From NCBI GenBank assembly GCA_001938485.1, contig MQRK01245143.1, forward strand, positions 2,971 to 66,970: a DNA stretch of 64,000 nt. Direction: 5' to 3'. A program made the translations under genes and the position numbers. The notes beneath the pieces are model-generated. The model did no database searches and was not told the origin of the DNA. It was given only the letters and a program-made list of their open reading frames with translations. The stretch comes from Girardia tigrina. Lineage: Eukaryota. This document shows, one piece after another, positions 50,719-64,000 of this stretch. The stretch's first letter is position 1; each line of letters begins with the position of its first letter.

Positions 50719-53547
50719 ATAAAAACTATGTTTCTTTTGAAATTATAAACAGACAAACAGAAAATGAGTAGGAGTCTTTTCGAGTCAAGAATCACTCATC
50801 ACTTTCAAAACCGATAAAAGATAATGAACAATTTAACGTTTTTATGACAATAAAGAAGATAATTGTATTCATTTTTACTCCTGAAACAATTTAAAAACTT
50901 AGAAAATAATGAAATCAATTTTCTGATAAAATAATTTTCCGGTAAATTGGAAATAGTATTGAATAATGAAACATGAATCATTTTTGAACAATCTTTTTTT
51001 AATGAATTACTTTAATTTAAAAACTTTGAAGAGTCTGAAGAATAAAAAGGTTTCCTTTCTCTGAACAAAAGATTTTCATTACTTCATACTTATATTTAAA
51101 TCATATTTTTTAAAAATCTTTAGTTCCCTTTTCATATTATCTAGGCCTGTCCGCAATTCATACATGAAACAATGAAAAAATAAAAAAAATTCTTAACAAA
51201 CTGGACATTAAATAATCATTATAGAAGTTTTCGATATGGCGGTGTATTTTAGATGATTTATTATTTAATTTATTCGTATATAATTTTAACTTTAGTAAAA
51301 CATACCGGTTCGAATCTTAAGTATAATGTATATGCTGCTCCAGGGATACTATGGCTATTAGGCCTATTGGGCAATATCATGCTTCATGTAAATAATATTC
51401 CAAGAACCTTTTTGAACTTTTTTCTATATTATTTAAGAATAAATAAATACAATGTTTGTATTTAAATTTATAATTGCTTTTATTTTCTTTAATTTAAAGG
51501 AAACATTAAGTTTAATTTTTGGTTAATTATTATGATTCTTAAATATGATAATAGAGTTTGAGACAGATGCTCTCAAAATGTTTTTCAGAAAACTCGTTTT
51601 ATTTATTGCACAAAATTGGTCATGCATAGAATAATATTATAATATATGGTAACTTAAATATGTAATATATTGTGATTATTAAATAATGTTAATAATAAAA
51701 AATCGTATTTTGTATTCTTTGAGATTTATATAAATATATCTTTCCATAGTATAATTGTATATTAAACTATCAAATTTACAAATTTTTGATGCATACCTTC
51801 AATAAAAATACAGTCATTCTTTTCGAAAATTTCCAGTACATTTTAACATGGTTTTATTGATGAGAAGTCAAAATTACTTTGCAGGTAAATTTTTTAAGGT
51901 TAATCTAGTTTAAAAAAGTCGTAATTTAATAAATTTATCTATTTGATAATCAACACATACACTGTTAAATTTGAATGAGTGTTCTCGATACCAGCACTGC
52001 CTGTATTGTAACTGTAGCACAGTGAGTTCATAAAATAAAATTCATCATGTTACCAATGTCACTGCATTCTTAAAAGAATTAGGAAGAGGCCATTCGCATA
52101 GATATGCACCAATAACAAGATTTATGTGAAAAATTGTTGAATCTTAAAAATGTTGGATTTTGATGGTATTTGGAAAAATTTAACAAGTGTTACAATATTA
52201 ATAATATATCATATATATTTTTCTTGAAAAATTATTTAGCGTTGAACTCAAAAAATCGATTAAAAATGATACATGCATGAAGTGGATTAATTTAGTATGT
52301 ATTTTATATGTATGAAATGTATTTAATTATAATTATATGACCATAATATAGGGGCGGTACACAATGATTTCTTTTGTTTTATTACATAATTTAGAATTAA
52401 AAGTAAATTGTTTATCAGTTCTAATGTACACTTCATTGTTATGCCTCCAATTGTGCAAAATTAGTAACTAATGAAATGTGATTACGCAATAAACATTAAA
52501 TATAAGTTCCAAAGTTACATTAAGTACATTGAAATCAAATTCTTTATTAATATGAAATTATTTTTATTTGTTAACTAAATTAGTTACCATATTTTCTTAT
52601 TAATTATTTTAAAATTTTCAGTTAGGAAATGACTTTGGTAAAAGTAACAAAAATGTTCAAAACTGAATCATCGACCAAATTTAACTTGAATAATTTACAA
52701 AAATTTTTATTTTAATTTTTGAATATTTAAATATAGTGAAATTAGAATGTGTTGAAAAAAACTTTTAGGAAGAAAACGGATGGTATTTGTTAAAATTCAT
52801 GTTTCATGACTCAATATATGTGCTAAAAACTAGACAATGGAAAATATTTTTCATTGGCTTTCAGTAACTGAGAGATGACACGTTCAAAACCGATATTTTC
52901 AATATTAGCACACCGCAATCCAGTTTCTTAATCATACTAATAATTGTGCAAATTAACTTTGACTTCAAGTAATTGAAAAATATAAGCCTGAATATTTAAA
53001 TGGAGTAAAAACTCAAAATAATTTAACATTAAACAAATAGTGTTTGATTTTAAATGCTTAAGTATTCAATAAGGAAACTATAAAAATGTTATCTTGTCAA
53101 TTGTTTCTGTAAACAAAGTAACTTAAGATCTTGAAATGATCAAAGCCAAATAACATGCTCTAATTACCAGAACAGAATCATTCAATAATTATAATACAAA
53201 TTTTAATAAAGGACTTATTGCTTGTAAGTAGGCAGTGGTAAATTGGCATAGTATGATCTGACAGATTTGATCAGAAGGTACTGAATTTCATAGATACTCT
53301 TAACAAATTGATTGCGATGGTATCCATAATAATATTGCGATTTCTATAGGTCAAAAAAGGAAAGGTGAGTAGGATTATTAACTAAAAACCTAAAGATTGG
53401 CATGAAAATTGTTGCATATTCGGATAGAATACTACTATCAGTGTGGGTATCGCTCCTTTGATATTAGTTACGATGATGAATCGAAAGTGAATTTACAAAA
53501 ATCTCTATACACCGAGAGTAGCCACCATATTCAAAAGGAAAGACAGA

Positions 53548-53858
53548 GGGAGTACAACAATTAAGTCTCGAAAATTAAATCTCGAAAGTATTAGTCTCAG
53601 AGAATTAAGTCTCGGAAAAATCAATATCAGAAATTAATTTTTTTTCCATTATTTTAAGTCTCAGAAAATTAAATCTCAGACAATTAAGTTTCAGTGTATT
53701 TTTATGAAAACTTATATTTTTAATACAATTTAAAATTTGTAAAATAAATTTTAAAAATAAATGAAAAATCTAATAAATCTCAAAAAAATTAAAAAATTGT
53801 TTTAAATTTTAGAAAAAAATTAAAATTTTTAATTTCTGAGACTTAATTGTCTCACTCC
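53548..53858. mobile_element. MITE with tandem subterminal AATTAAGTCTC repeats
   Basis: Inverted ends GGAGT...ACAATTAAGTCTC / GAGACTTAATTGT...ACTCC and several ~15-bp repeat units. Confidence 0.6.
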
Positions 53859-53859
53859 G

Positions 53860-54586
53860 TTCTAGTGGCATAGCTGTTGCTATGAAACTGATTTTGCGAT
53901 CGCTCAGAAAGAATGTCAATCCTGCACATCGCAGACCAATCGATGGAAATTTTATGAGTCTAGAAATTATCTCAGAAAAGAAAGTGAAAAAGAATTTGGT
54001 CTGCATGAAAACAATACTGTTGTTGAAGTCAACTATGCCACTCCTGGGACATCAGTATCAATGACGAGATGACGAAATATGATGGTGTTGAAATCTGTTC
54101 CAGAGAAGAAAGTGAAGATTGTAACAAACCTTAAAAATGAAAAAGAAAACTAAGTGCAATGTTTGTGGAGAATTATTGGATGCCAGTGCACGAGAGCAGA
54201 TTGGTTTCGATGCACGGTCTGCATGGAATTGACATGCGAAGATTGTTTAAGCACGAAAACTAGTGCAAATTGCTCATGAATCTCTTATTTGAACCTTATA
54301 TCATGAAAACATAGCCATATTCGGTTTTTTAAAAACTTTTGATAATAGTAACATCATTTCTTTTCTTCTCATCCTATGCTGGTTCTTCTTACACCTTCTA
54401 ACTTTTTTTCACATTAATGCATCGTGAATATCTAATTGTCAGATTATCGTAACATGTAATGCATTTTTATAATCTAGGATGATTAAACACTTGTTTTAAA
54501 ACAGAAAATGTAATAGTTCTCATCGGTTAATAGAAAATTTTGAGAAAAATATTAAAAAGTGGCTTTTCTCACCCCGTCTTACCCTG
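53860..54586 (+). mobile_element. pogo/Tigger-like 3' relic
   Basis: C-terminal Cys cluster CNVC...WFRCTVC...CEDC...ANC. Terminus GTGGCTTTTCTCACCCCGTCTTACCCTG. Confidence 0.55.
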
Positions 54587-54589
54587 ATT

Positions 54590-55140
54590 ATAAAGTAAAA
54601 TAAAACCGAACAACTAAAATATCTTTTAATAAATAAATTTAAGCATTACATATTTTCATACAATAAGAATTAAAATATTAATCAATCATCTAGGTAGAAG
54701 AGACACAATTTCAAATCAACATATAACATTCAAACACAACAAATTAAACATTCAAAATATTCCTCACATCCCCCTCGATTTAAATGACTTTCAACATTTC
54801 TAATAAAAGTTCTTCCATCTTCAAGCTGTAACTCGTAGTTTTTTTCATGATTTCTTCTCCCCATTGTTGCGGGACCCATGTAACGGTCATCTTCTTTTGA
54901 GACATTTTCCTTCTTAATCAATTCCCGGTCTCCAACTTCAAAAATTCTTCTTGTCTCTATTTCTTGTTCAACATCTTTCAAAATTTTGTTATCTTCGTGG
55001 TTGTTTTCCACGAATGTCTCAATTTTCTTCAAATACTATCTCGACTGGTGACACGCATGTCGTAGCTTGTACAGTACTATTTAACATATACTCAATTTCT
55101 TATAAAACTTTTGTCCAATCTCTTTGATCTCCATCCTTCA
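54590..55140 (-). mobile_element. Ty3/Gypsy 3' end (integrase tail, PPT, partial LTR)
   Basis: DRYMGPATM (GPY/F-like) motif, then PPT GAGGGGGA followed by TGTGAGGAAT. Relative of 55145-61425. Confidence 0.85.
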
Positions 55141-56309
55141 TTTTTGTGAGGAATATTTTAAATTTGGTATGTTGAAATCGGTATGTTGAGTTTAGTATTG
55201 GGAAATGTGTTTCTCCCTCCCAGATGGAAAATTGATATTTTGGATGTTCACGAAGAATAATTATTCGAGTATAATTTGCATTTTAAAGTACAACATAAGA
55301 TATTTTAAAAACTTTAAAAATATTAAATCGTTTCAAATTTTAATATTAAAAATTTAAATAAAGTAAATAGCTTTTAACTAAGTTTTAAATTAAATAAATG
55401 TTCTTTCTTTACATAAAATCATTTTTTAAATAAAATTAATATGTAGATAAAATTATTACTAGAATTACAAAATTTGAACTTCAAAAATAAAATCTGAAAA
55501 TAATGAAAAATTTGTTCGAATAGTTGTTTATTAAAAAAACATTAACTAAAATGTATTAATTTAGAACGATGTCGAATTATGAAAGCTTTGCAGAGAGTTG
55601 TCCAAAAGACAATTCTAATTATATTGAAAATAAAAGTTCCAAAACCCATGTTAGTGTTCTTAATATGGCGACACACGACCACGTGATTCCGAACATTAGA
55701 GGTCCGGAGATTTTTGATGGATCAGAAACAAAAGATCCATCAAAACGAGCTTTAGGGATACGAAGATAATGGGATTTTCAGAGGAGAGGAAAATCTTATT
55801 AGCAACACTATATATGACTCCGGATGTCATAATAAAATATGAAGCAGCGTCAGGTGAAACATGTGAAGAGAAAATAAGATCCGCGTTTTCAAAGGAAAAA
55901 TCTATCCTGGATCTAATGAAAGAATTGGTAGAAATGAGAATTGGATCCAGCGATCCAACAGAAACATTTAGAAAGGCTGATGAAATCATTGAAAAGTTAA
56001 TTGAGAAAAAGTTGGGTAAAAAAGAACTATCAAATTTGGTCTACGCTAATCTGATAGATGATGAGAACGTGCAGAAAGAAATAGCTGTTAGAAGTGTCAA
56101 GAAATCTGAAGAGATTGAAGACATTCAAACGAGAATGTTCGAATATGATAAAAAGAAAAGAAATGCTCCTGTAGCGGCATATAACACAAAAAGAGAAAGT
56201 GAATGGAGAACAGTGGAAAATAAAAAAAAGAACACCAAGACCACAGAACGAGAAATTCATAGAACAAGAAACAAGAAGAAATTTTAAAGTGCAAAAAATT
56301 ACCTTTTGG

Positions 56310-56698
56310 CAGTGCCGTAACTACAGGGGGGCAAAAGGGGGCAATGCCCCCCCGCAAATTTTTCCAAATATGACATCCTTTGTTTTCGTCATGAGCTTGA
56401 AAAAACAAAGCGCATATATAAAAATACCTATTCTCTCTCGATTAATCAAAATCTCATTGGTTGCTAAACTCATTTCATTTTTATAGCAATTTACACACCA
56501 CTATCATACACCATTTACATGTCTTAACGTCCGTCACCAGCACGCAATAGCCCTTTCATTAGCTTAAAAAGGATTTTTTGAGTCGCTCAAGGATTTACCA
56601 TAGGCAATAGAAAAAAAACGGAAAATTCGTGTAATTTTTATTGCCCCTCTGCAAATACGGTTTGCCCACCCGTTCAGGGATTCCTAGTTACGGCACTG
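56310..56698. mobile_element. hAT MITE inserted in the gag zinc knuckle
   Basis: 14-bp TIR CAGTGCCGTAACTA, TSD CCTTTTGG/GCTTTTGG. Confidence 0.92.
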
Positions 56699-57060
56699 GC
56701 TTTTGGGCATGCCTCGAAGAAGGGCATGTTAGAAGAGAGTGCCAAAACGTGAAGTTTAGTCATTGTAATAGAAAAAAAGCATTTAAGAACACTGTGTTAT
56801 GAAAACCCTAATATGTTTAGAGAGCGTGATCAATGGAAAAGGGATAATGGAAATAATCGATGGAACAAAAGGCAAAATTACTCTAATCAACGGTATAGAG
56901 AACGGCCAACATACACGAATAGGAAATACCCAGTAGCAGAAGTGGACGAACTAGGTGATGAATTGTACATAAGAGAAGATTCTAGAAAAGGGGAATATTC
57001 TGAAGGAACGTATAGAAGAGAAGATGAAAAAAGACTGGAATTGCCCCGAGGTAACAGAAA

Positions 57061-57171
57061 ATTGTAGCACACTGATCACTTCTCCCTGTGGTCTTGCGTC
57101 CTCGTTTCCCTGATCATTTCAGGGAAACGAGGACGCACGACCACAGGGAGAAGTGATCAGTGTGCTACAAT
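57061..57171. repeat. 53-bp-arm palindrome at the gag end
   Basis: 57061-57113 versus 57119-57171, one mismatch, 5-nt loop. Confidence 0.93.
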
Positions 57172-58161
57172 AGGAACTCAATGAAGATGTATGATTGATT
57201 GTATGTATGAATGTGTTTGTGATTGTATTTGAAAATGATGTGTTTGAAAATATTCCTCTGGAGATATGTAGATAAGATAATGAACCTGAAGAAGACGATG
57301 GAATATGTGCTAGTATGGATATAGAAAATGAGAAAAAAATAAAAAAGAATACTGATATTACCAAAGTTTAACATAAATTATAAAGAATATAAAGGACGAC
57401 CAAGTATAGAGTTCTGAACAAAGAATAAAAATGTTAAATACCTGTTAGATACAGGAGCTCGAGTCAACGTTATTAAAGCATAGATAATTAAAAATATGAA
57501 AGATGTCACGATCAAAGAAACTAAAAGACGTATACATTGTCTGAATGATTCAGAACTTATAAACTATGGTATTGTTCAACATAAAGTGATAATTGAAAGA
57601 ATGCATAAAGCAGTGGATTTCTTTGTGGTCAAAGATTTAGATCCAGAAATGATTGCATGAATAGATTTCTTGGACAAATTCAGGATTAAGTTAAAGAGAG
57701 AACCATCAAATACTAATTAGTTACTGGTACTACGAGACAATCCATCAGACGAGGATAGACTGAGGAGAATAAAAGAACAAAAATGAAAACAAAATTGAAA
57801 ACCAACTAATAGAACTTTTAAAAGAATTTAAATCAATATTTATGGCCGACAAATGGTATTCTGGAAAGACGTCACTGACCAAACACAAGATCGAAACGCA
57901 TGGAGAACCAGTTTTGGTGAAACCTTATCGACAACCAAAACATTTCGAGGAAATACTGGACGATATTATTCGAAATTATGAAGAAAACAATATTATAAAG
58001 AAATGCAGTTCACCGTGGAATTTTCCTCTAGCTTTTGTTTGGAAAAAGGAGAAACAGGACATTCGAATGTGTGTAGATTTTCGGCAATTGAATAAAATCA
58101 CCGTTAGACCTGCATTCCCAATGCCAAAGATTGAGGAAATGCTGAATGCACTAAATGGAGC

Positions 58162-58700
58162 TATTAAGAATACCAACATGGGTTTTCAAACTTTTATTTT
58201 CATTACAATCAGAATTGTCTTTTGGACAACTCTCAGCAAAACTCTCGTCATTCGACATCGTTCTAAATTGATAATTTTTTATTAATGTTTGTTAATAAAC
58301 AATTATTCGAACAAATTTTTCATTTTTCTCTGATTTTATTTTTAAAATTCAAATTTTGTAGTTTTAGTATTAATTTTTATTTACATATTAATTTTATTTA
58401 AAAATTATTTTATGTAAAGAAAGAACATTTAATTAATTCAAAACTTANNNNNNNNNNNNNNNNNNNNNNNNNNNNNNNNNNNNNNNNNNNNNNNNNNNNN
58501 NNNNNNNNNNNNNNNNNNNNNNNNNNNNNNNNNNNNNNNNNNNNNNNNNNNNNNNNNNNNNNNNNNNNNNNNNNNNNNNNNGAACATCTAAAATATCAAT
58601 TTTACATCTGGGTGGGAGAAACACATTTCCAAATACTAAACTCAACATACAAAATTCAACAAACCAATTTCAACATACCAAATTTAAAATATTCCTCACA
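58162..58700 (-). mobile_element. same-family LTR inserted antisense in the RT
   Basis: Reverse complement of the flanking LTRs with perfect 5-bp TSD GGAGC. The RT frame rejoins as LNGA / KYFSTIDLGNAY. Contains an N-gap. Confidence 0.92.
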
Positions 58701-61564
58701 GGAGCAAAGTATTTTAGCACAATCGATTTAGGAAACGCATACCATCAAGTGGAACTTGAAGATGAATCAAAAGTCAAAACAGCATTTTCAACAAAGGATG
58801 GCCAATACTGTTTCAAGAGAATGCCATTTGGAATTACGGTAGCACCAACAACGTTTCAAGAACTGAGGGTAAGAGTTTTGGGTGAATTAAATTGGAAAGA
58901 GGCAGTTGTGTATTTAGACGATATATTAATTTTCACAAAAGACAAGGAAGAACACCTCAAACGAATTGAACACGTATTTAGTAAAATTAAGCAATCGGGT
59001 CTGAGAATTAATCCAGATAAATGTCACTTTTTGGTTGAAAAGACAAAGTTTTTATGATATGTGATCAGCAGAAATGGCATAGAAACAGATCATACAAAGA
59101 TCGATGCAACTAGCAAGTTTCAGAATCCTTCATGTATAAAACATTTGAGAAGCTTTTTAGGCTTAACGAACTATTACAGGAAATTCTTAAAAGATTACAC
59201 ATAAAGTATTAAGATTATCAAAAGTATTGGAAGAACTATGCGGAAAGAATAAAGAAAAAAAGCTAATATGGACGGAAGAATGCAACGAAGCGGTTCAAAA
59301 ATTAAAAGAAAAGATAATCAATACACCAATACTAGCATACCCAGATTTCGGAAAAGAATTCATATTGGACACGAACGCTAGTTTTGACACCATTTGCGCG
59401 GTGCTATCTCAGAAAGATATTATGGAAGAGAAAGAGTGATTGCATATGGATTCCACAAAATGAACAAATATGAATTGGGATACTGTATTACTTGAAAAGA
59501 ACTGCTAGCAATCTACTATTTTACACAACACTTCAAACACTATCTGTACGGCAAGAAATTTCTATTAAGAACGGATCATAAAGCCATTACCTTTATGATG
59601 ACGACAAAGAACCCAATCACTCCACAATTTCAAACTTGGATAAATTTTCTCAGTGGGTTGGATATGACAATGGAATACCGGAAAGGTGAAAAACACTCTA
59701 ACGCCGATGCAATGTCGAGAAATTTCTGTGAAATGTTGGTAAAATGTCAAACTATTCACGAGAAAGCTAAGAAGGGTAAAGTTAAAACAAGAATCCTAGC
59801 GTTAGACGATGAATCCAAAGGATTCAAATGGCAGAAAGATAGTGACGAGATAAAACAGATTAGATCAGATATCAGAACTGGGAAAACAAAGAAATGGTTA
59901 CTGAAAGATGATATCGTAACGACAATGGATAACAAATACTGGATTCCGAAAGGTAAAAAGACTGAATTCGTCGAAGAAATACACAAGATGCTGTGTCACG
60001 CTGGTAGCAAGAAAGTTTATAATTATTTGAAAGATGATTTTGATATGGAAGATATGAGAAAAACGGTAAAGGAAATTGTGCAAAGTTGTATGAATTGTTA
60101 GAAAAGAAAGACCCTAACAACAAAACAAAAGAGGGAAACATATTAAACAATCTGCTGATGAACCGTTCGAAAAAATATATATGGATTTCTGCGGACCTTT
60201 TAAAAGAAATATTAATGTATGTCAGTACATACTAGCCATAATCGATAAATTTAGCAGATACATCAGTTTCAACGCAGTAGCTCATCAAGACGAGAAAACC
60301 ATGTGAAAGGTATTACTAGACAAATGTTATGGAAATGCGGACCACCAAAAGAAATCCATGTCGATAGAGGAAAAACATTCAAATCAGCCATTTTTAAAAA
60401 AACATCAAATAGATTTAAAGCTGAGATAGTATATTCCAGTCCTTACCACCACAATACCAATGGGATTGTTGAGAGACAATTCAGAACAATTAGGGATGCC
60501 ATGAATATACGGATGAAAGACGAGGTCCACAAAGATTGGACGGAAATCCAGCCAGAAATAGAGTTTATACTAAATAGCACAATTCAGGCAACCACAGGGA
60601 TATCTCCAGCAGAAATAATTTTTGGTAGGAAACTAAGACATTGGTGGGAAAAACACCGGGGAAAAAGACATGTCGAGAAGGAAATGAATAAAAGCAGGAC
60701 ACAAACGAAACGAGTATTCCGAATTGGAGATAAAGTGCTTATAAAGAAAGAAAACGTAATGGAGAATGAGGATCGATACATGGGCCCAGCCACAATAAAG
60801 AACCGACGACATGAAAAAAGTTACGAGATAAAATTAGATGATGGCAGAATATTGATCAGAAATGTGGAATGGCTAAAGCCATTTAAATCGAGGGGATGTG
60901 AGGAATATTTTAAATTTGGTATGTTGAAATTGGTATGTTGAATTTCGTATGTTGAGTTTAGTATTTGGAAATGTGTTTCTCCCTCCCAGATGGAAAATTG
61001 ATATTTTAGATGTTCACGAAGAATAATTATTCGAGTATAATTTGCATTTTAAAGTACAACATAAGAAATTTTAAAAACTTTAAAAATATTAAATCGTTTC
61101 AAATTTTAATATTAAAAATTTAAATAAAGTAAATAGCTTTTAACTAAGTTTTAAATTAAATAAATGTTCTTTACATAAAATCATTTTTTAAATAAAATTA
61201 ATATGTAGATGAAATTATTACTAAAATTACAAAGTTTAAACTTTAAACATAAAATCTGGAAATAATGAAAAATTTGTCCGAATAGTTGTTTATTAAAAAA
61301 CATTAACTAAAATTTATCAATTTAGAACAATGTCGAATTATGAAAGCTTTACTGATAGTTGTCCAAAAGAAATTCTAATTGTATTGAAAATAAAAGTTCG
61401 AAAACCCATGTTAGTGTTCTTAATAATTCTAATATTCAAAGTGGAAAAGTGTTAACTGAAACTAATGAATAAATTGTATAAATAAATAAATAAACGAATA
61501 AATTGTATAAATAAAAGTATAGGGAGAAAAATTATATTATAACGAACTATATAATAAAATAATA

Positions 61565-63700
61565 TTTTCCAGAATCGGGGAAGATGATAAATTTTCTTTC
61601 TGCACTTCAAAGCTTTGGTTACACGCGCTAATCCATTCGAATTTATTATTTTCGACAGAGCATACAAGGGAGCGGCAATCAATGCATAATCACGAATAAA
61701 CCTGCGATAATAATGACATAATCCTAAAAACGAACGAACTCGTGTAACACAGTTTGGAATAGGTGCATTTTTGACCTTGGAAATCTTATCATCGTTTGTT
61801 TCGATTCCTTTGGGGCTGATTACATGGCGCAGAAAACTCAATTTTTCTGTTCGAAAAATGTCCTTTTTGGGTTTACTTTCAATCTAAAACTTTGTATGCG
61901 AGAAAAAACTTCTTCTAATTGTTTTCATGATCCTCTTCAGTTTTAGAATATACCAGAATATTATCCAGGTAAATTATAACACCTTTATATAGGAAATTTA
62001 CAAAAAACTTGTGCATCAAACTTTGAAACGTTGCAGGGGCCGTACATAATCCAAATGGTAATCTGTTGAAACAGAACTGTTCCATTTTAGTACTGAATGC
62101 TGTCTTCAATTTCGCGTCTTCGTGTAGTTCGACTTGATAATAAGCTTGGCCTAAATAAATAGAAGAAAAAATTACTGATCCATTTAACGAATCCAACAGC
62201 AAGTTTATATCCGAGACTGGAAATGAATATTTTTCTGAAATTTCATTTAATATCCGAAAATCCAGACGCATTCTTATAGAGTCGTCTTTCTTGGATACAA
62301 CGACCAAAGGTGAATTCCACGGACTTTTACACTGTCTTATGATACATGAATGTAATAAATTATTAATTAACGCATCGATCTTTTGTTTAAGATGCATCGG
62401 CTGTCTGAGAGGATTTCGGGAAATCGGAGATCCGTTCGTTTCGATTCCATGTTTTACCAACTGAGTAAGACCTAAATCAAATTTTGAAACCATAAAAATA
62501 TTCTGATATTTCTCCACTAGTTTCCCAAATTTGAGGAGTTATCCTTTTCTAAAATTTCGAATATCTTTGCAATTCTTTTATCTATATCTTCTACTACTGC
62601 AGGTGTTCCTATGGTGTTGATTTCTGCTAAATATACTTGAAACAATCTCATAATATCTACTCCTCCGATAAATACTGGCAAAATTGTGTTAACTACAATA
62701 ATATCCGTTTTCACCGATTTCCCCTTCTATTGAATGGGTACGTATATCTTTCCCAGACACGTTTCATGAAATGTGGAGAAAGCACCAGCGAATTTGACTT
62801 CTGACTTTATAAGTTGTTGCGTTCCAATTAATCTCCATATTTTTCTATTCATTACAGTAATCGAGGCTCCTGAATTCCATAACATTTCTACTGGTATATC
62901 ATTACAAATAACAACACTCCATAGTCGACCATCTGACTTCTGAAACATTTTACTTCTTCTTTCTAGCGACACTACACTCTCTCTATCTCTTCTTATATTT
63001 TTATCTATTGATCCAACCTCATCGACTAGATGGATGCGGGAGGCTGGAAAGCATTTTTTTCATCGTCATAATCTACAACATCATGACTAATTTCGTCATG
63101 AATGCCTGTTATATATTTTTGTTGTTCTTCTTGGACGCACAATATTCTCGCTTGAACTTTGGTTTGTCGGTTCTGAATAATAAAGCAATTCTTAAATAAA
63201 TGACCATCTTTTTCGTATACCAAGCATTTATTTCTTAATGTTCAATCAATTCTTCTGTGATCAACTTCTCCGCAACAAAAACAATCACTTGGTTTTAAAA
63301 TTTCTTCATTCGGAGTTGATTTTCCCTTACATCGATTGTATAGTGTTGTTGCAATAAACTTAATCGAACGTTAGGGAATTTCTTTGTGATTCATTCTGTC
63401 AGCATTATAATTTCTTCTATCATTTTCATAAACGGGCTTGTTCTGACGGTAATCATAATCTCTTCTTTCATGAATGTGCTTCTTTGGCTCCATTGAAATT
63501 GACTTGTGAAAACGCGGATTGTTTGTGATCTTAAATAATTAACTTTATCATTTCTACTCACGATATCTGAATAGCTCGGTTTGATTGGCTTCACATCCTC
63601 CACAATTTCAATCTTTTTCTAATTTTGAAGCTACATCGCGTTTTGTGTCAACAGGCTTATCTGGGTGGAGTATAAAAGCATCTCTTAATTTGTCGTTTCG
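61565..63700 (-). mobile_element. Ty3/Gypsy gag-PR-RT fragment
   Basis: LWNSGAS protease, SPWNSP...YLDN RT, VRSFLGLCHYYRRFI. Same family as 14130-15525. Confidence 0.9.
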
Positions 63701-63759
63701 AGTTCCTTTCAGAATGAACATTCTTAAAATGTCTCCAACTTAAAGTTTGCTCTCAAAAA

Positions 63760-64000
63760 CTTCTTTTACCAATTGTGCATCTTCGTGCATTGTTTGACAC
63801 TGACTACATAATTCACAAGAATTTCTCGATATTGCATCTGCATTTTTTCCTCCTTTCCGATATTCCATTCTCATATCCAGAAAACTAAGAAAATTTATCC
63901 ACGTTTAAAATTGTGGTGTGATTGGGTGTTTCGTATTCAGCATGAAGGTAATAGCTTTATGATAAGTTCTTAGTAAAAATCTTTTACCGTATAAGAAGTG
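63760..64000 (-). pseudogene. Ty3/Gypsy RNase H C-terminal fragment
   Basis: FLYGKRFLLRT.HKAITFM...MEYRKG..NADAISR. Confidence 0.8.

Larger units (their letters stand above)
55145..61425 (+). mobile_element. near full-length Ty3/Gypsy retrotransposon, decayed
   Basis: LTRs at 55145-55665 and 60897-61425, PBS TGGCGAC at 55666, PPT GAGGGGA, TSD ATTTT/ATTCT. Contains gag, LLDTGA protease, YLDD RT, RNase H and integrase. Confidence 0.96.

Noticed and set aside
53560-53700. CRISPR-like array
   Set aside because: Short tandem units without unique spacers, eukaryotic context, no cas genes.
55569-55664. Gag extension starting inside the LTR
   Set aside because: The frame is shifted in the 3' LTR copy.

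Overview
AT-rich eukaryotic DNA, most likely from a flatworm (planarian-like), inferred from one intact host gene: a three-finger C2H2 transcription factor with ZFP-1 family signatures (30664-31617) in a transposon-poor island. The rest is a dense, nested collection of decayed mobile elements: Ty3/Gypsy retrotransposons (one near full length, 55145-61425), mariners, hAT elements and MITEs, RTE-like LINEs and a pogo relic. The first 19 kb is the unusual part. It holds (i) a Polinton/Maverick-type packaging ATPase fragment, (ii) a decayed viral envelope glycoprotein resembling chuvirus-G-like class III fusogens, apparently at the end of a longer ORF, (iii) a mosaic of host-gene fragments (STIP1/Hop, RBMX2, a ubiquitin-like domain) with foldback duplications, and (iv) a 3.2-kb TG...CA insertion with a 4-bp target-site duplication (TSD) carrying a multi-intron spliced ORF, with a diverged relative at 1196. 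All family assignments come from motifs read by eye; no searches were run. Four N-gaps limit reconstruction, and relic boundaries without a TSD are approximate.
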